A stretch of 60,000 nucleotides of DNA from contig CM075990.1 of the NCBI GenBank assembly GCA_038087875.1, forward strand, positions 15,502,001-15,562,000, given 5' to 3'. This document shows positions 1-14,360 of the stretch, in pieces. This DNA comes from Malacoraja senta (Eukaryota). Below the pieces are notes generated by a model. That model saw only the letters and a program-made list of their open reading frames with translations. It had not been told where the DNA came from and did not search any database. The position numbers and the translations under genes were made by a program. How positions within the stretch are numbered: the first letter of the stretch is position 1; every line of letters starts with the position of its first letter.

Positions 1-2251
1 AGAAGAGTAGTTATTGTTTTGCCTCTAAGTGTTTTGTTCTTCACCATTGCCTCTTTATTGTTTGCCATTCTTTGTTTCTTGTTTTGTTTAGGCTCTCCAT
101 AAGACATTTTCCCTGAAATTCGAAAGTTATGTTTTCTAAAGCTTCCTCCCACTTATATCTTTATAAGTGGGATGATTATTGTCTCAGTTTTCCTGGGTTT
201 TATTCACAGGTATAAAATTTGGATTTTTTTTGTTTAAAGTTAACATTTGGGGGGAGGTTATGATTTGTCATTAAATGGCAGACGTTTGTGGTAGCAGAGT
301 AAATCACTGCCTTGATAAGGGAAGTGGATCAGCACAAGAGGGAGAGTAATTTGCAAGGCTACAGGGAAATGCAACAGATGGATTTGCTCCACCAGCATTC
401 AGCACAGACTTGATGGGCTGAATGGCCTGAATCTGTGTCGTAACAATGACTTTTTTATGCTGACAGTCCAATGTGAATGGGTTCTTGCCATTTTAACATC
501 TCTGTGAGAGTGGGATGGAAGTTAGGGTGGGATTTGACAAACCAAAGAATTATATTTCAAATGCCAACCAATCTCACGTACGTGAAATCTTTATAGCAAT
601 ACTTTGGCGGAGGTACTATAGAGCAAGATTTATTACCCACTTACAGGTGGAAAATCAAGCTTAAAATGAAGCTACTGTTCACAGATAATTTAACAAGGCT
701 GCAGCAGCAGTGTTTCGGTAGTTCCAACAGCTCCCTTGTGATTGGCAAACAATGTGTGCTACTTGTAATATCATCAATTAACCATAACTTATCAATGGTT
801 TAAAGCAACGGTCATAATACTTCAGAAATAATGCACGTCAAGTGAACAACTCCTGCACAGCACAGCTGTATGCTAAATTAGGTAGTTGGCCCAAAGGAAA
901 GAGGTTGTTGGCACACTTTAGAAACAAGAATCGCAAACTCCACATTTGCATTGGCTGTTGTCAGTAACTTTGGTTCCCGGTTATGCTGCTTAAAACATCC
1001 AGCTCTTTCGCCTACCCACTCACAACCCACTCGCTTTTTAAACAGTTTAGTTTTCATATTTCCTAAGTAATTGCTTTCTGGTTGACTAGAAGCACAAACA
1101 CATGGGAAGGAAGGGTCGCAAATACAGGAAGGACACTCAAGGAGAGACACGTTCACAATTAAAGCACAGCAACACTACAATTGCTTCCAGGAATGAACTA
1201 CACACAGTTGGTGACTTGATTTGTTATCAGTCAGGGGCACCTTCTCAAGCAGGATGAAATGGAATTTAGCAAGGATGCTGGATGAGATTAACAAAACTAT
1301 CTTTCTCCCTAACGGCTCAGTTTCATCGTTTTCACTGTTTGTCATTTAGCTGATATTTTTTCAATTATCTCATCCATTTGCTTTATCTTTATAACATCAT
1401 TGGGACCCTGCACTGTGTCCACTCCTCAATCCATCTCAAATGTTAAGGGCACAAATTAGCCCTTTTACCACAAGGTATTACAGGTGCAGAAATGAACACT
1501 TTTGTTAGTGGACATTTCTAAAACATGGCAAAAAAAATACCCTTTACTAATGGTCAGCAATAAACTCTTTTCTTAATGAATATTACTAACATAGGTCGGA
1601 AATAATCTTTTTCCTCACAATCATTCCTCATTCACTGCAAATGTAAAGCCAGATCAAATACTTCAGAACAGGTTCATAAGATGTGGACCAACCTGTATTT
1701 GAAAAGTTTTAACTCTTATGGAAGATTTTTCTTTCCCTTACTTCCTTTTTGTTTATTTTGTGAGGCCTTTGAAGCTTTTCTATATTTAATATCTCTCTAC
1801 GTTCTTTCATATATTGCTGTTGTGCCATTGAAATCGCTTTGCATTTCATTCAATGCAAAACTATTATTTTTCCTTTACGCAAATCATTTCACATTTTATC
1901 CCATCAACTTACACTCTATGACTTTAGCCCGTCAATTTATTCCTCACCCCTTTTCCAACCCTCACCCCTCCCCATTTCACTTAACTGCTTGGCACACTAT
2001 CTTTAGATGGTGCAGATTTTCAGCATTCTCTGCCTTTTTGTTAAATATTTCCACTGCTTTTCCGCATGGAATCTGTGAAGTCTGACGCACCTCATGCCAA
2101 GGATTTATTCAAAATGAAATAATTTGACTGCAGCTAATTGCCAAACAAAACTTTCATTTGTGTGACGCATTTTCAAATGATCAGAAGGTCTCCACTTAAG
2201 AATTGAGCAAAAATCTGAGACTCATTCAAGCTAAATTCCAATAGGTGAGAA

Positions 2252-2488
2252 ACTTGTCATGCTGATTGAAGGTTGACACAAAATGCTGGAGTAAATCAGC
2301 GGGGCAGGCAGCATCTCTGGAGAGAAGGAATGGGTGACGTTTCCGGTCGAGACCCTTCTTCAGACTGGAGTCTCGACCTGAAACATCACCCATTCCTTCT
2401 CTCCAGAGATGCTGCCTGTCCTGCTGATTCACTGCAGCATTTTGTGTCTATCTTCGGTTTAAACCAGTATCTGCAGTTGCTTCCTACA
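2252..2488. mobile_element. Palindromic non-autonomous Penelope-derived element
   Basis: gacacaaaatgctg...tgggtga and its reverse complement tcaccca...cagcattttgtgtc. Hammerhead-like core on the minus strand at about 2336-2363. Confidence 0.75.
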
Positions 2489-3366
2489 CTTTGTCACGCT
2501 GACTGCACGGCCTAATCACCTAATTCACAAAGTGATTCTTACATCTGAAACTCAGTAATGTTAGTCTTCAAGATATCTGGTTGATTATTGCACTTCCTGG
2601 TGGCTTTTTTTAAACAGGTAGAAAATTTACAGCTAATGTCCCTGGTTATTCACCTGTGCACAACCTTTCCAACTTTCAATAACATGGACATTTAGCACTT
2701 GGAAATGTTTTCTCCAGAGAATCAAAGAGAAAAATAAAAATCATGCCTTTCATATCAAGGACCATGGTACAGCATCACCTTACAGCATTTGTGGAAAGGT
2801 TAACAGACTAAACAGTCTGAAGAACGGCCCCAACACGAAACATCACCTATTCCTTTTCTCCAGAGATGCTGTCTGACCCGTTGAGTTCCTCCAGCATTTT
2901 GTGTCTATCTACCTCTATTTGAAACATTAACTCTGTTTCACTTTTCACATATGCTTCCTGACCTATTGAAGGAATCGGTCATTTTCTATTTTATTTCAGG
3001 TTTCCAGCATCTGCAGTTTTTTTTAAAGGTAGATATTGAATTAGGGTAAAATAATGGGATTTTTGAAGTAGTAGTAATCTTAATTAGATGTTGTAAATCA
3101 CAGCATTTTATTTTATCCATTACTATTGGATTTAATACAGTGCATGTCCTAAAATGTCAAAAAGCTGTCAATACATCCACTTTGGGAAACACTGAGGATT
3201 TATTTTGAATGAAATAATTTTGTGGCAGCTAATAAAAAGTATAGTTCATTATAATTTATATACCAACTTGTCACATTCTGGCACATTAATATCAGCCTTG
3301 CCAAGTTTATGTTCCATTTAAGCTGATGCTGATAGGCTCAGGTTTTATAGCTAGATAGAATAGAAG

Positions 3367-3780
3367 CGTGAGTGCGAGTGTGAGTGTGAGTATGGGTGTG
3401 AATGCGTGTGTGAGTGTGAGTATGGGTGTGGATGAATGTGAATGCGAGTGTGAGTGCGGTTGCGGGTGAGAGTGAATACGAGTGCGAGTGTGGCCGTGAG
3501 TGCGAGTGTGAGCGTGGGTGTGAGTGTGAATGCATGTGTGAGTGTGAGTATGGATGTGGATGCATGTGAATGCGAGCGGTTGCGGGTGAGAGTGAATGCG
3601 AGTGCGAGTGTGGCCGTGAGTGCGAGTGTGAGTGTGAATGAGTGTGTGAGTGTGGATGTGAGTGTGCGTGTGAGTGCGAGTGTGAGTACGAGTGTGAGTG
3701 TGAGTGGAGTGGAGTGTGCGTGTGAGTGTTAGGGTGAGTGAGTGTGAGTGTGTGTGTACATGCATGTGTATGCATGTGCA
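3367..3780. repeat. Complex (GAGTGT)n-like microsatellite with a 120-bp internal duplication
   Basis: gcggttgcgggtgagagtgaat.cgagtgcgagtgtggccgtgag occurs at 3456 and 3576. Confidence 0.92.
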
Positions 3781-5904
3781 TATTTCCTAGCCAGTGTACA
3801 CATTGCTGTTCTCATGTAAGTTTTTCTTCAGGTGTACAGCACAAGAACAGGCCCTTCAGCCCACAGTGTCTGTGCCAACACGATGCCAAGACCATTTCTT
3901 ATCTACCTGCACATAATCCATATCCCTCCATTCCTTTCATGTTCATATGCCTATCTTCTTAAATGCCACTATCGTATCCACCTCAACCAATATCTCCATC
4001 TGTGCATTCCAGGCACTCACCCCCTCCTCTGTGTATAAAAGATTTGTTCCGCACATCTCCTTTAAACTTTGCCCTTCTCACCTTAAAGCCATGGCCACTA
4101 GTATTTGAGTCAAAATCAGAATTCTGCAGATTCAATCCAATATTCCATTGGCTTTATAATTAGAATATAAATTAATAAAACCCAGTTAGAGAGCCAATTT
4201 CCATCCATCAGAAAATTATTCAGGCAGCATTGAACGATTAACAGATTAAAATTTAACCAGAAAGTTAAGGAGGAATCCTGGAAGCAATTACCGTTAGGGT
4301 GGAGTAGACTACATCAGTTCACTGGAGCCACACCACACACAGAACAAACAACTTCATAAAGTAGCGGTGCATCAACTGCAGTCCACGTGTGACTGCGATA
4401 AATGCTGGAGGATGTCCGAAGGACAAGAGTGATAGATAGTCCTCCTCTACTTTTGTTACTACAAAGACCACAGCACACAAGCATGGAGGTAACAAATCAG
4501 GGAGATGTGGACAGACACAAAGCAGTGGAGGAGATGCAGTTTGAGAAATAAAGAGAATAAGTGGGTGGCTGGGTAGATTATTAATTAAATGAAGCCCAAT
4601 TAAAAAAGAGTTAAAAAAAAAAAAAATGTCATTCCAATAAAATATTTAATGGGCATTTTGGGGTGAATGAAGAATGTCAAGACACTATATTCCATGATGA
4701 CATTTTGCTCAACGTCAAGCAACAAATGTGGACGGAAGACGAGCAGCTGTCTCAAATCGTGGGCTGAGGGACAAGTTCAATGCCTGCTAATGCCAGATAT
4801 CCCCAGCTGCTTGCTGCATTGAATGCACAAGTCCAAAACTGTGTTCAGCTATCCCCATGGAGTGTTTAAAATTATCATTGCAAAAAAAAAAAAAAAATTA
4901 AATTAAAACCATCAAACTCATTAATTGACAATTTGATTTGTGACTGTTCTTCATTGCTTCAGCAGATTCACATGCACCTTAAAGCACGAAGCGTGCGGAA
5001 TCTGAAGGTAGTCAAAGAGAGAGACTTCTTAGGATGTTATGGCTGACTGGTGTCTGGAGGTGGGTGGGGGAAGGAGAAAAAAATATTCATGGCAGTAAAG
5101 TCTTTAAAATGAAATGGTCTGGGACAATCTGTGATACAACAATGCGGGACTATTTAAAAAAATATATCTTTTTTTTTGGTGCATTAAAATAAATACAAAC
5201 TAAAAAAAAAGTATTTGGGCCAGATCTTCCTGGGAAATGCTTCAAACTGCACTGTCTCATATTTACCCTGACTGCCCTTGGTAATGTCAAATGCCGACAT
5301 GCTAGACCAACTCATGGACTCCAGATGATCCACAGTCTTGCTGAGATTCCCAAACATTTACACAGTGGCCCTGCCTCTCAGACCAAACACAGGATTCCAG
5401 GACACCATTGGTGCAAGCATGGATTGTAGGAAAAGGGAGGGGGAGTTAATTTTCATTATCTATCTCAACTTGCTTTGTTATCTATCTCAACTTGCTAGTT
5501 ATCTGCACGCAATTTAATCAGCTGTAAATTTTTATATTAAAAAAACAATTGTTACATATAAAAAATATAACACAAATTAAACTGAATAACCAAACACATC
5601 AAAGCAAGTTGAGATAATTAAAGAAGATAAGATCCTCCCTTTACAATTGTTTGGAAAAAAACCAATTGCTTTTCTTGACTAAAATTTGAATATAATTTAG
5701 AAACAGTAATATCTCACTCCTAAAGACTGGCATAGGAGGGATTGGAATATGGGATTTTCCAGCAGTCAAAGCTTCCAGGGTAGATTTGAGGAAGGGTCTC
5801 CACACTGCACTGCCCATGACTTTCATAGTGGGATCCTGATTATGGAGGGGAAGCAGATTTGGTGTATGCATTGATGTCTGGAGGTCATGGGTGGCAGGTT
5901 CGGG

Positions 5905-6020
5905 CGGGTATATGTATGTCACTTGCGGTCACTTCATATATGTCACTTGCGGGGCGGAGCATCAAGGCAAATTCCTTGTTTGTGAATACTTGGCCAATAA
6001 ACTTATTCATTCATTCATTT
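5905..6020 (+). mobile_element. Short LINE/SINE 3' tail with (ATTC)n
   Basis: ggcaaattccttgtttgtgaatacttggccaataaacttattcattcattcatt, with an internal duplication of tatgtcacttgcgg. Confidence 0.5.
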
Positions 6021-8464
6021 ATTCGTATCTACATCAACAAGGTCTTGGCCTAAACATATATTGTTTTGGTTTCATTCTGCCAATTTGGGAAGGGTAAAGG
6101 GCTGAGCTATCTGAGAAATAAGACCAGCAAAGGGAAGAAGTAAAGATCTGAAGTGAAAGTGGAGGTAAGTTGGGGAGGTGGAGGTCGGATGGAAAGTAAA
6201 TGAAGAGGGCTTTTACCACTTGGCACCTCTGTAAACAACAAGAAAACAATTCAATGAAACGCCATTTAGAAACAAATAGCTCACAACATCAAACAAAGGA
6301 AATGATCCAATTTGGCAAACACAAAACAAGGAAAATAGTTTTGCATCTTCGAGTACATGAACATAAGAAAACAGCAAAAAAACAAGACAAAATCCTGGCA
6401 ACAGGAACATATAATCTGAATGTTGATCGTTTTTTTCACAGCAGTTTGAACGAATTAGGGAAGTAACTGTCTATTTTCCAATTGATATTGAGATACATAT
6501 CCACAGTGCTACTTAACAACATTTTATAAACCACCATATGATGCATTTTGGCAAATCATGGTTTATGACTATTGAGGGCGTAATTAAATCTCAGCTTCAA
6601 TGTATCTTTGAGATTGTCCATCTCGACTGCTTTTGTTTGCCATTTCAATTCAAAGGTCAGTCCATAGTCTTCTCAATGTGATAGTTGAAGCTCAGTTTAA
6701 AGATACAGCATGAAAACTGACCCTTTGGCCCATCGAGTCCATGCTGATCATCAATCACCATTCACACTTAATCCCACTTTCTCGCCCATTCCTTACACAC
6801 TGGGGGCAATTTTACAGATGTATTGAGGAAACCGGAGCATCTGGAGGAAGCCCAGGTGGCCACAGGGAGAACGTGAAAACTCCAGGCACGACAGCACCCG
6901 AGGTCAAGATCGAACCAGGGTTCCTAGTGCTGTGAGATAACAGCTCTATCAGCTGCAACACAGTGCCACCCTAGTCTTCAAACTTGCACTGTTAAAATGC
7001 CCCTGTAGCATTTAGTAAAAGTAATCCAGGAATGCAAAGCAGGAAATGTCATAAATTGCACCTTGCTCAGCCTCTGAAAATGGCATTGTTATTTTAGGCA
7101 AGATCTATCTTTGGCATGATTGAACCAACCTGAATATTAACCTAGTGCCTCTCTTAAATGGAGGTGCTGCTATGTTTTCCAAAATATCCTTTCATTAAAA
7201 TAATTGTGGTCACTTTTCCCTCTCATATTACACAAAAATTAGGCTTTACAAATTGTTCTGCAACCTGGAAAGCAGTTAATTTCATCTTTAATGGAAAAGG
7301 AAGGACATGAACTATATTTTACATGAGATGACACTATAACATTGGGAAGATAATGACAGTGAGAAGATGATTAGACCTTCTAATTAGTGTTAGCTGATAC
7401 ATAGTGCTTCATGTGAGAACGTCATTACATCTTCCCAGTGTCTGATCCATGTAGTATTGAGGAGATGGTTCATGCCAGATTTAAATAAAATTAAGATAGT
7501 TCCTCGAGCAATTCTCCAATCATGCTATTGTAGAACGTTCATCAGCTGAGATCTATTGTTTGATAAAAATGGTTACGTGAAACCTTAATTAATGGCAATC
7601 GGAGGAACTTTGAGATGTTTGGCAAACAGTTCTCTTTTGTAACATAATATTCTGGCTTTGCAATGGACATAGCAGCCTAACGATTGGGCAGGATTGGCCT
7701 GCATGGTGGGAAATTGGATCTACTGTGGCGACAACTGATTTACTGATGAGTTTGAACTATTAAAGCACAGTAGCTCCTATACCTTCTCCATGTTAGCCCT
7801 TGAGCTTTAGAGCAAGACTGATGGGATGGGCAACTGCAGTTGGACATGAATGATTAAGCACAATTTCCTCTCAGCATGGGCAGTGTTTAAGCAGTAACGC
7901 CCTTGGTTCTTTCGACCAGGTTTTGCACTACCACTTGCTACCAGAGGGTGTACCACGATGGCAGGAGTTATTGGACTTTACATCAGCCCCTAACAACTAA
8001 CCACGGCTTGTGATTATATTTCTTGAGAACCAACAATACATGTCACTATCAACTGGGAATCAGTATTGGATCAATAAAGTTTGCTTAATGCAAATGACTG
8101 GATTAGGGAGCAGTTTGCTTAACATGATGCGGGTCTGTTAAGTGGTTTGTACAACATCAACTGAGCTTAAATCAGCAGCATTTATCCTCTTTCACATTTC
8201 AGAGCAGCTATTTCTGACTACATTAACCAAATGAAATATACAGTACACTGTTTTACTTCCTAATAGGTGTCAAGTGCATGTAAGCCACAACTGGGCTCTG
8301 GGTGATGTAAGGGGCACTGGGCAAGGTTTCAGCAGGGACAATGGTATGGGCACAATGTGAACTGACACCATGTGCATTGGGTGTTTGGCAGTGGTAGGAG
8401 AACACCTCTGATGGTCTACAGTCAGTAAGGATCATCCCCTTTAGTCCATAGAAGTGTCAAGGGT

Positions 8465-8525
8465 TCTGGATATCAGGTAGGATATCTGGATGTCAGGTAG
8501 GATATCTGGATATCAGGTAGGATAT
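8465..8525. repeat. 3 x 20-bp tandem repeat
   Basis: Unit tctggat(a/g)tcaggtaggata. Confidence 0.9.
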
Positions 8526-10485
8526 GGCCGTGTGGCAAAGATCACAGATCTGTCGTGATCTTATTGAATGGCGGAATGGATTTAGCTAAATCTTGCTGTT
8601 GTTCTTCACATTCTCAGGAACAATAATTGCGATGTAACAAGAAACTAAAACTGCTCTTTAAAAAATCCTGTTGCCTCCACATTAACCAAAAGTTCCTGTA
8701 CAACACACATTTTGACAGGCAAGAGTACAAAAGGAACAAAAATAAGGTTATTTGAATTGTGGGGGAGTTTTTTAATTGCAGAATGTTTATTTCTTCCATC
8801 TAACCTTCCTCGGAAATTATGAATGAAAATGATTCATTAATTGTTGTCAGTAAGACCTTGATCTTCCAATTGGCAGCAACTGGGGCAACTCCAGTGCAAT
8901 AGTAACTCTGCTTTCTTTTGTCACAAATGATTTTTAAAAAGGCAACATTGCTGGCCTCCTACTCCTCAGTGGGGAGTCATCATCAGTCCCTGACCTCCTC
9001 TTAGTTCTTTGTAAGTTATCTCCTGTAGCAAAGGTTTATTTCTCCCCACAGTGTTTTACACGAACGGCCAGTCACCAGTGAGACACAATGGCACAGATGT
9101 TGTGACTTCACCAATGTTCTTCATGTTTTTTTTAAATACACTGGTCAGGTTTTCGAAAGGGATGTCAAGCAGATAGTCAATATAAATACCTGATCTAATA
9201 TTGCCCATTGTTATCAATTAAAGCAAATATGTTGCACTAAATCAATATTCTGAGGGCAACAATTAAATCACATGGACTAATATTGAAGAAGGAAATAAAT
9301 TTGACATCTGAGAGAATGTTTTGGACTGTTGGTCTGAGTTAAAACCTTTGACCTATTGCGATGACAATAAACAGTCACTCTTACAACCTCGATCTATAAA
9401 GCCTTTCATGGCAGCAGTGCTATAATGTTGTTAGAGTCATAGACAGATACAGCATGGAAACAGGCCCTTCAGCCCACTGAATCCACACCGAACATAGTCA
9501 CCCATGCACACCAACCCTACACTATTCCAATCCGGTTTAACTCTCCACGCATTCTCTAACTTCCCAAGGTTCCCTGACACTCTGCAATTTACAAGCCAAT
9601 TAACCTACCGACCCGCATGACTTTGGGATGTGGGGGGAAACCAGAGTACCCGGTCATAGGGAGAGCATGCAAACTCCACACAGACAGCACCTGAGGTTAG
9701 GATTGAACCAGCAGCTCGACTAGCTATGCCACTGCGACGCATCTTCAGCTTGGCGTGGCTTGGGAAGACCCAATTCTTCAAAGAGCCATCAGGAGCCAGT
9801 AACGATGTTACTTCAGTCACTTGGGTACTTCACATTGTTTGTTTACCACTTTAAATAACTCTGCAAATAAACCTGGCAACAGCCACATAAAGGTTCCAAA
9901 AGGCACTTAATCTGATTTAAACTGGCAATGTGAGAGGGGATAAAAAGATGCTGGGTATTTGACAATGACTTAACACCTGTGTTAATGTTTAGTGCTCTCT
10001 TGATTCTTGGTCCATGAGGAAGATGGAGGTGCAGTTAATACTCACAATTTACAGTGAAGGATGCGGCACCCACCTGCTTTCTCTTGTGTTAGATTTGTAC
10101 TCTATCGCCAACAGAAGCAGCTTCAGCTTCACAAAGCATAGCCTGAGTGAGGAACAGAAATAACCAGTTAGTTGAAGAATGGATCTTGGTGAAATTCACA
10201 AAATGCTAACAGTGTAGAACAAGGCCATTCTGCCCATTAAATCTATGTAATCCCATTGGGAGAAAGATCCCGACCTTTGATGAATCCTCATCAGATCCAC
10301 GTGGCCATGGCATTAGTTTATAGCTCCCTTGCTCACATACTCATTGGGTATATTTATGATGACTAGAATCCTGCATGCTTTCTTCACCATGATCCCAGGC
10401 CATGTCATTGCAGAATCATGTCCCAAAATTGAGGGATGCATTCTTGGTGGAAGCATTCAATGCTGGTGCAATGGTTAGAATACAG

Positions 10486-11527
10486 TAGCAATGTTACAAA
10501 ATTTTGAGATTTAAAAAATAAAGTCTGCAATTTATCCCATCAGATAAAGCATAAAAATAAGTTTAATTTGACACCTAATTCACTTTGATATCTTCAGTAT
10601 TAAAGAAGTTATGGCCATTTTCATACTCGGAAATTAGCATCTTGTTCCCTATTGCTTTTCCATTGACTCAACACAAAAGCTGTGATCGAGGACAGTCAAA
10701 AGCCCATAACTTTCTTAAAAATTAAGATAACTGAAAGACATTTTCAGTTATTATAGATTGAAGCATTCTGAAACAAATATGAAACAATCTTACTTAGAAG
10801 ACATGAAAGTAAAGCATATAATTAGTTAGTTACCTAATTGTAGCTAATTACAAAATTCAATTACTAGATCTAAACATCTATCAATTTCTTAAGAATAGAT
10901 TAACATTTTTAAATAGCCTAAGTGTCCAAATAACATTCACACAATAATTCACAATATAACATAATTTTTAAATCTAATTTTCATGAATTTACAGGCCAAA
11001 TGGAAGGAATTGAATGTTTAATACCTGTAAATTAATGGGCATTTAAATCATCTTGTGAATGAGGATTTCTGGAACGCGATCATTTGGAACGTTGATTTGC
11101 GGTGAATTTAACCCCGTATTGGCATGAAAAATACTGCCGTTAGTTCGGGGAATAAAATCACCGTGTCGCATGAAAAAATGTGAATTAAAGGCTTCTTAAG
11201 AAGCACTTTTATACATTTAAAGAAACCACTTTCGTTTACCTGTCCCATGTGTGAAATCCGTCCCCGTTGTCGGAGTTGACGCTTCAGGAGCTGCTTTTAA
11301 AATTACTCTAGCGCTGACATTGTCGATTTAATAAAAATTAAAAATAGACAAAACGCCACTAGGAACGATTCTTCAGCCAACGCTTGTACTCCAACAAAAT
11401 ATTAACCAGGACAAGGGAGGAGAAACCCGCGTTTTAACCCCGCCCCCCCCTTAAAGGCGCCAAAATCGCGCACATGGCCAGTGGCAGAATTACAGCGCGA
11501 CTGAAGGTAAGTTTTGTAACATACCTA
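10486..11527. mobile_element. About 1.04-kb non-autonomous DNA transposon (hAT-like termini)
   Basis: TIR tagcaatgttacaaaa / ttttgtaacataccta (14/16 match). aatacag is duplicated at 10479-10485 and 11528-11534. Confidence 0.78.
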
Positions 11528-11643
11528 AATACAGCACTAGTGATCTCGGGTTCCAGAAATCCGAGTTCAAATCCCACCATGGAACTTCACTTCAGTTAAT
11601 GAAATAGCCTTGAATTAAAATAAAAAGTAACTAATTCTTCTGA

Positions 11644-12175
11644 TAGAGTCATACAGCCTGGAAGCAGGTCCTTCGGCCCAACTTGCCCACACTGGCCAAC
11701 ATGCCCCATCTACACCAGTACCACTTGCCCACGCTTGGTCTATAACCCTCTAAACCATATCCATGTACCAGTTCAAATGTCTTTTAAACGTTATTATCGT
11801 ACCTGCCTCAACTCATTCATCTGGCAACTCGTTCCATATATCTACTACCCTTTGTGTGAAAAATGTTACCCCTCAGGTTCCTATTAAATCTTTCCTTAAA
11901 TCATCCACTCATCCTTAAATCTATGTCGCCTTGTTCTTGATTCCCCTACTTTGGACAAAAGACTGGGCAAAAGGGTAAATGTACCCAATCTATTCCTCTC
12001 ATGATCTTGTTGATGACTAGATCAACCTTCATCCTCCTGCACTCCAAGGAATAAGGTCCTAGCCTGCTCACCCTCAGCCTATCGCTCGGGCCCTCAAGTC
12101 CTGGCAACATCCTCGTAAATCTTCTCCGGAGCTTGACAACATCTTTCCTACAGCAAGGTGATGAAAACTGGTGAT
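11644..12175 (-). mobile_element. CR1/HER1-type LINE 3' fragment
   Basis: Minus-strand RRFTRMLPGL...YSLECRRM. The tail gggccgaagg.cctg.ttcc..gctgtatgactct is shared with the SINEs. Confidence 0.8.
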
Positions 12176-12577
12176 GCTCTCCATGAGATGAGAGCATCTA
12201 CCCTTTTACAGTCTGGTTTCTGTGACTCCAGATATACAATATTATGGCTGGCCTTTAACTGTCTCTGAAGTGACCCAGCAAGTCACAGAATGAAGTTACT
12301 GCAACAGTTCAAGAGTGTGGCTCTCCGTCATCTTCACGAAGGCAATTAGAGACCTGCACCTTTGCTGGCCTTGTCAGCAATGGCCATATCTTTGTTCTGA
12401 TCTTACAAGAGCTTTGTGTGGGGTTGGTGAAATCAGTTACGCGCTAAAAGAAAATACAATCTTAAGAATCCTCCTGGCTCATTGATAACAACACTGTAAC
12501 TGCAGTATTGAAGTAAGAGGGTTTTGGGGTCCATAACTCCCTGAAAGTGGCAACACAAGTAGATAGAGTGGCAAAAA

Positions 12578-12798
12578 GACAAGAAGGAATTGCAGATGCT
12601 GGAAAATCGAAGGTAGACAAAAATGCTGGAGAAACTCAGCGGGTGAGGCAGCATCTATGGAGCGAAGGAAATAGGCAACGTTTCGGATCAAAACCCTTCT
12701 GCAGTCTGAAGTAGGGTTTCGACCCGAAACGTTGCCTATTTCCTTCGCTCCATAGATGCTGCCTCACCCGCTGAGTTGCTCCAGCATTTTTGTCTACC
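12578..12798. mobile_element. Palindromic Penelope-derived element inserted in a CR1 fragment
   Basis: ggtagacaaaaatgctgg...ccagcatttttgtctacc inverted arms. Same family as 19952-20625. Confidence 0.8.
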
Positions 12799-12805
12799 AC
12801 CAAAT

Positions 12806-13410
12806 GGTATGCCTGCTTAGGACATTGAGTATAAGGGTCAAGAAGTCGTGATGCACATTTATAGGACTTTGATTTGGTCGCATTTCGAGCATTCTGTGCA
12901 ATTCTGGTCAACCCAATGTGAGAAGTTGCGGAGGCTTTGGAAAGGGCGAAGAGAAGGTTTGCCAAAATGATGAGCGTTTGCCGGCACTGGGACTGTACTC
13001 GCTGGAGTTTAGAAAAGTGAGGGGGGACCTCATTGAAACATACAGAATAGGGAAAGGCTTGGATAGAGTGGATGCGGAGAGGATGGGATTATTTAGTGGG
13101 AGAATTTAAACCATAACATCAGAATTAAAGGACGTTCTTTTAGGAAGGAGATGAGGAAACATTTATTTAGTCAGATGGTGGTGAATCTGTGGAATTCTTT
13201 GGCACAGAAGGCTGTGGAGGCCTAATCAGTGGATATTTTTAAGGCAGAGATTGATAGATTCTATATTTGTACAGGTGTCAAAGGTTATGGGGAGAAGGCA
13301 GGTGAATGGGGTTAGGAGGGAGAGATAGATCAGCCACGATTGAATGGGGTAGTAGACTTGATGGGCCAAATGGCCTAATTCTGCTCCTATCACTTACGAC
13401 CTTATGACCT
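12806..13410 (+). mobile_element. CR1 LINE 3' fragment(s)
   Basis: LGLYSLEFRKVRGDLIETYRI and the 3'UTR gggccaaatggcctaattctgctcct. Confidence 0.82.
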
Positions 13411-13721
13411 AATTGGAGTGTTGCTCCATAAATCCAAGTGACCTGGACAACCTTACCAATCAAGAATCCAATGTTTTGGGAAGAACGTGTGTCCAAGTCA
13501 AAGAAATGAAGACTTCTCCAAACCATTCTACTCTTCAATGTAACCCTGCAACATCCTCTCTCATTGCTCTCCCTCTGTGATTCCTCCTGGTCTCCGACTC
13601 TACGAACATGCTTTAGCCCAGATCGTCTGAAGAAGGGCCTCGTCCCGAAACGTCACCTATTCCTTGTCTCCAGAGATGCTGTCTGACTCGCTGAGTTACA
13701 CCAGCTCTTTGGGTCTATGTA

Positions 13722-13921
13722 NNNNNNNNNNNNNNNNNNNNNNNNNNNNNNNNNNNNNNNNNNNNNNNNNNNNNNNNNNNNNNNNNNNNNNNNNNNNNNN
13801 NNNNNNNNNNNNNNNNNNNNNNNNNNNNNNNNNNNNNNNNNNNNNNNNNNNNNNNNNNNNNNNNNNNNNNNNNNNNNNNNNNNNNNNNNNNNNNNNNNNN
13901 NNNNNNNNNNNNNNNNNNNNN
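13722..13921. other. Assembly gap (200 N)
   Basis: Run of N, flanked by a Penelope-derived repeat on one side and a CR1 fragment on the other. Confidence 1.
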
Positions 13922-14360
13922 CATATGCTGAGAGAATAGAGTGGCTGGGCTTGGTATACACTGGAATTTAGAAGGATGAGAGGATATCTTATTGCAACAT
14001 ATAGATTATTAAGGTTTGGACACGTTAGAGGCAGGAGACATGGTTCCGATGTTGGGGGAGTCCAGAACCAGGGGCCACAGTTTAAGAATAAGGGGTAAGG
14101 CATTTAGAACGGAGAATGAGGAAACACTTTTTCACACAGAGAGTTGTGAGTCTGTGGAATTCTCCGCCTCAGAGGGGCGGTGGAGGCCGGTTCTCTGGAT
14201 ATTTTCAAGAGAGAGTTAGATGGGCTCTTAAAGATAGCGGAGTCAGGGGATATGGGGAGAAGGCAGGAACGGGGTACTGATTGTGGATGATCAGCTATGA
14301 TCACATTGAATGCGGTGCTGGCTCGAAGGACCGAATGGCCTACTCCTGCACCTATTGTCT
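13922..14360 (+). mobile_element. CR1 LINE 3' fragment abutting the gap
   Basis: PMLGESRTRGHSLRIRG and the 3'UTR ggctcgaagg.ccgaatggcctactcctgcacct. Confidence 0.82.

Noticed and set aside
3307..3781. His/Thr/Ser-rich ORFs
   Set aside because: They are translations of the microsatellite.
8465..8525. Short direct repeats resembling a CRISPR array
   Set aside because: There are no spacers, the context is eukaryotic, and it is a simple tandem repeat.
13653..14103. ORFs spanning the N run
   Set aside because: Artefacts of the assembly gap.
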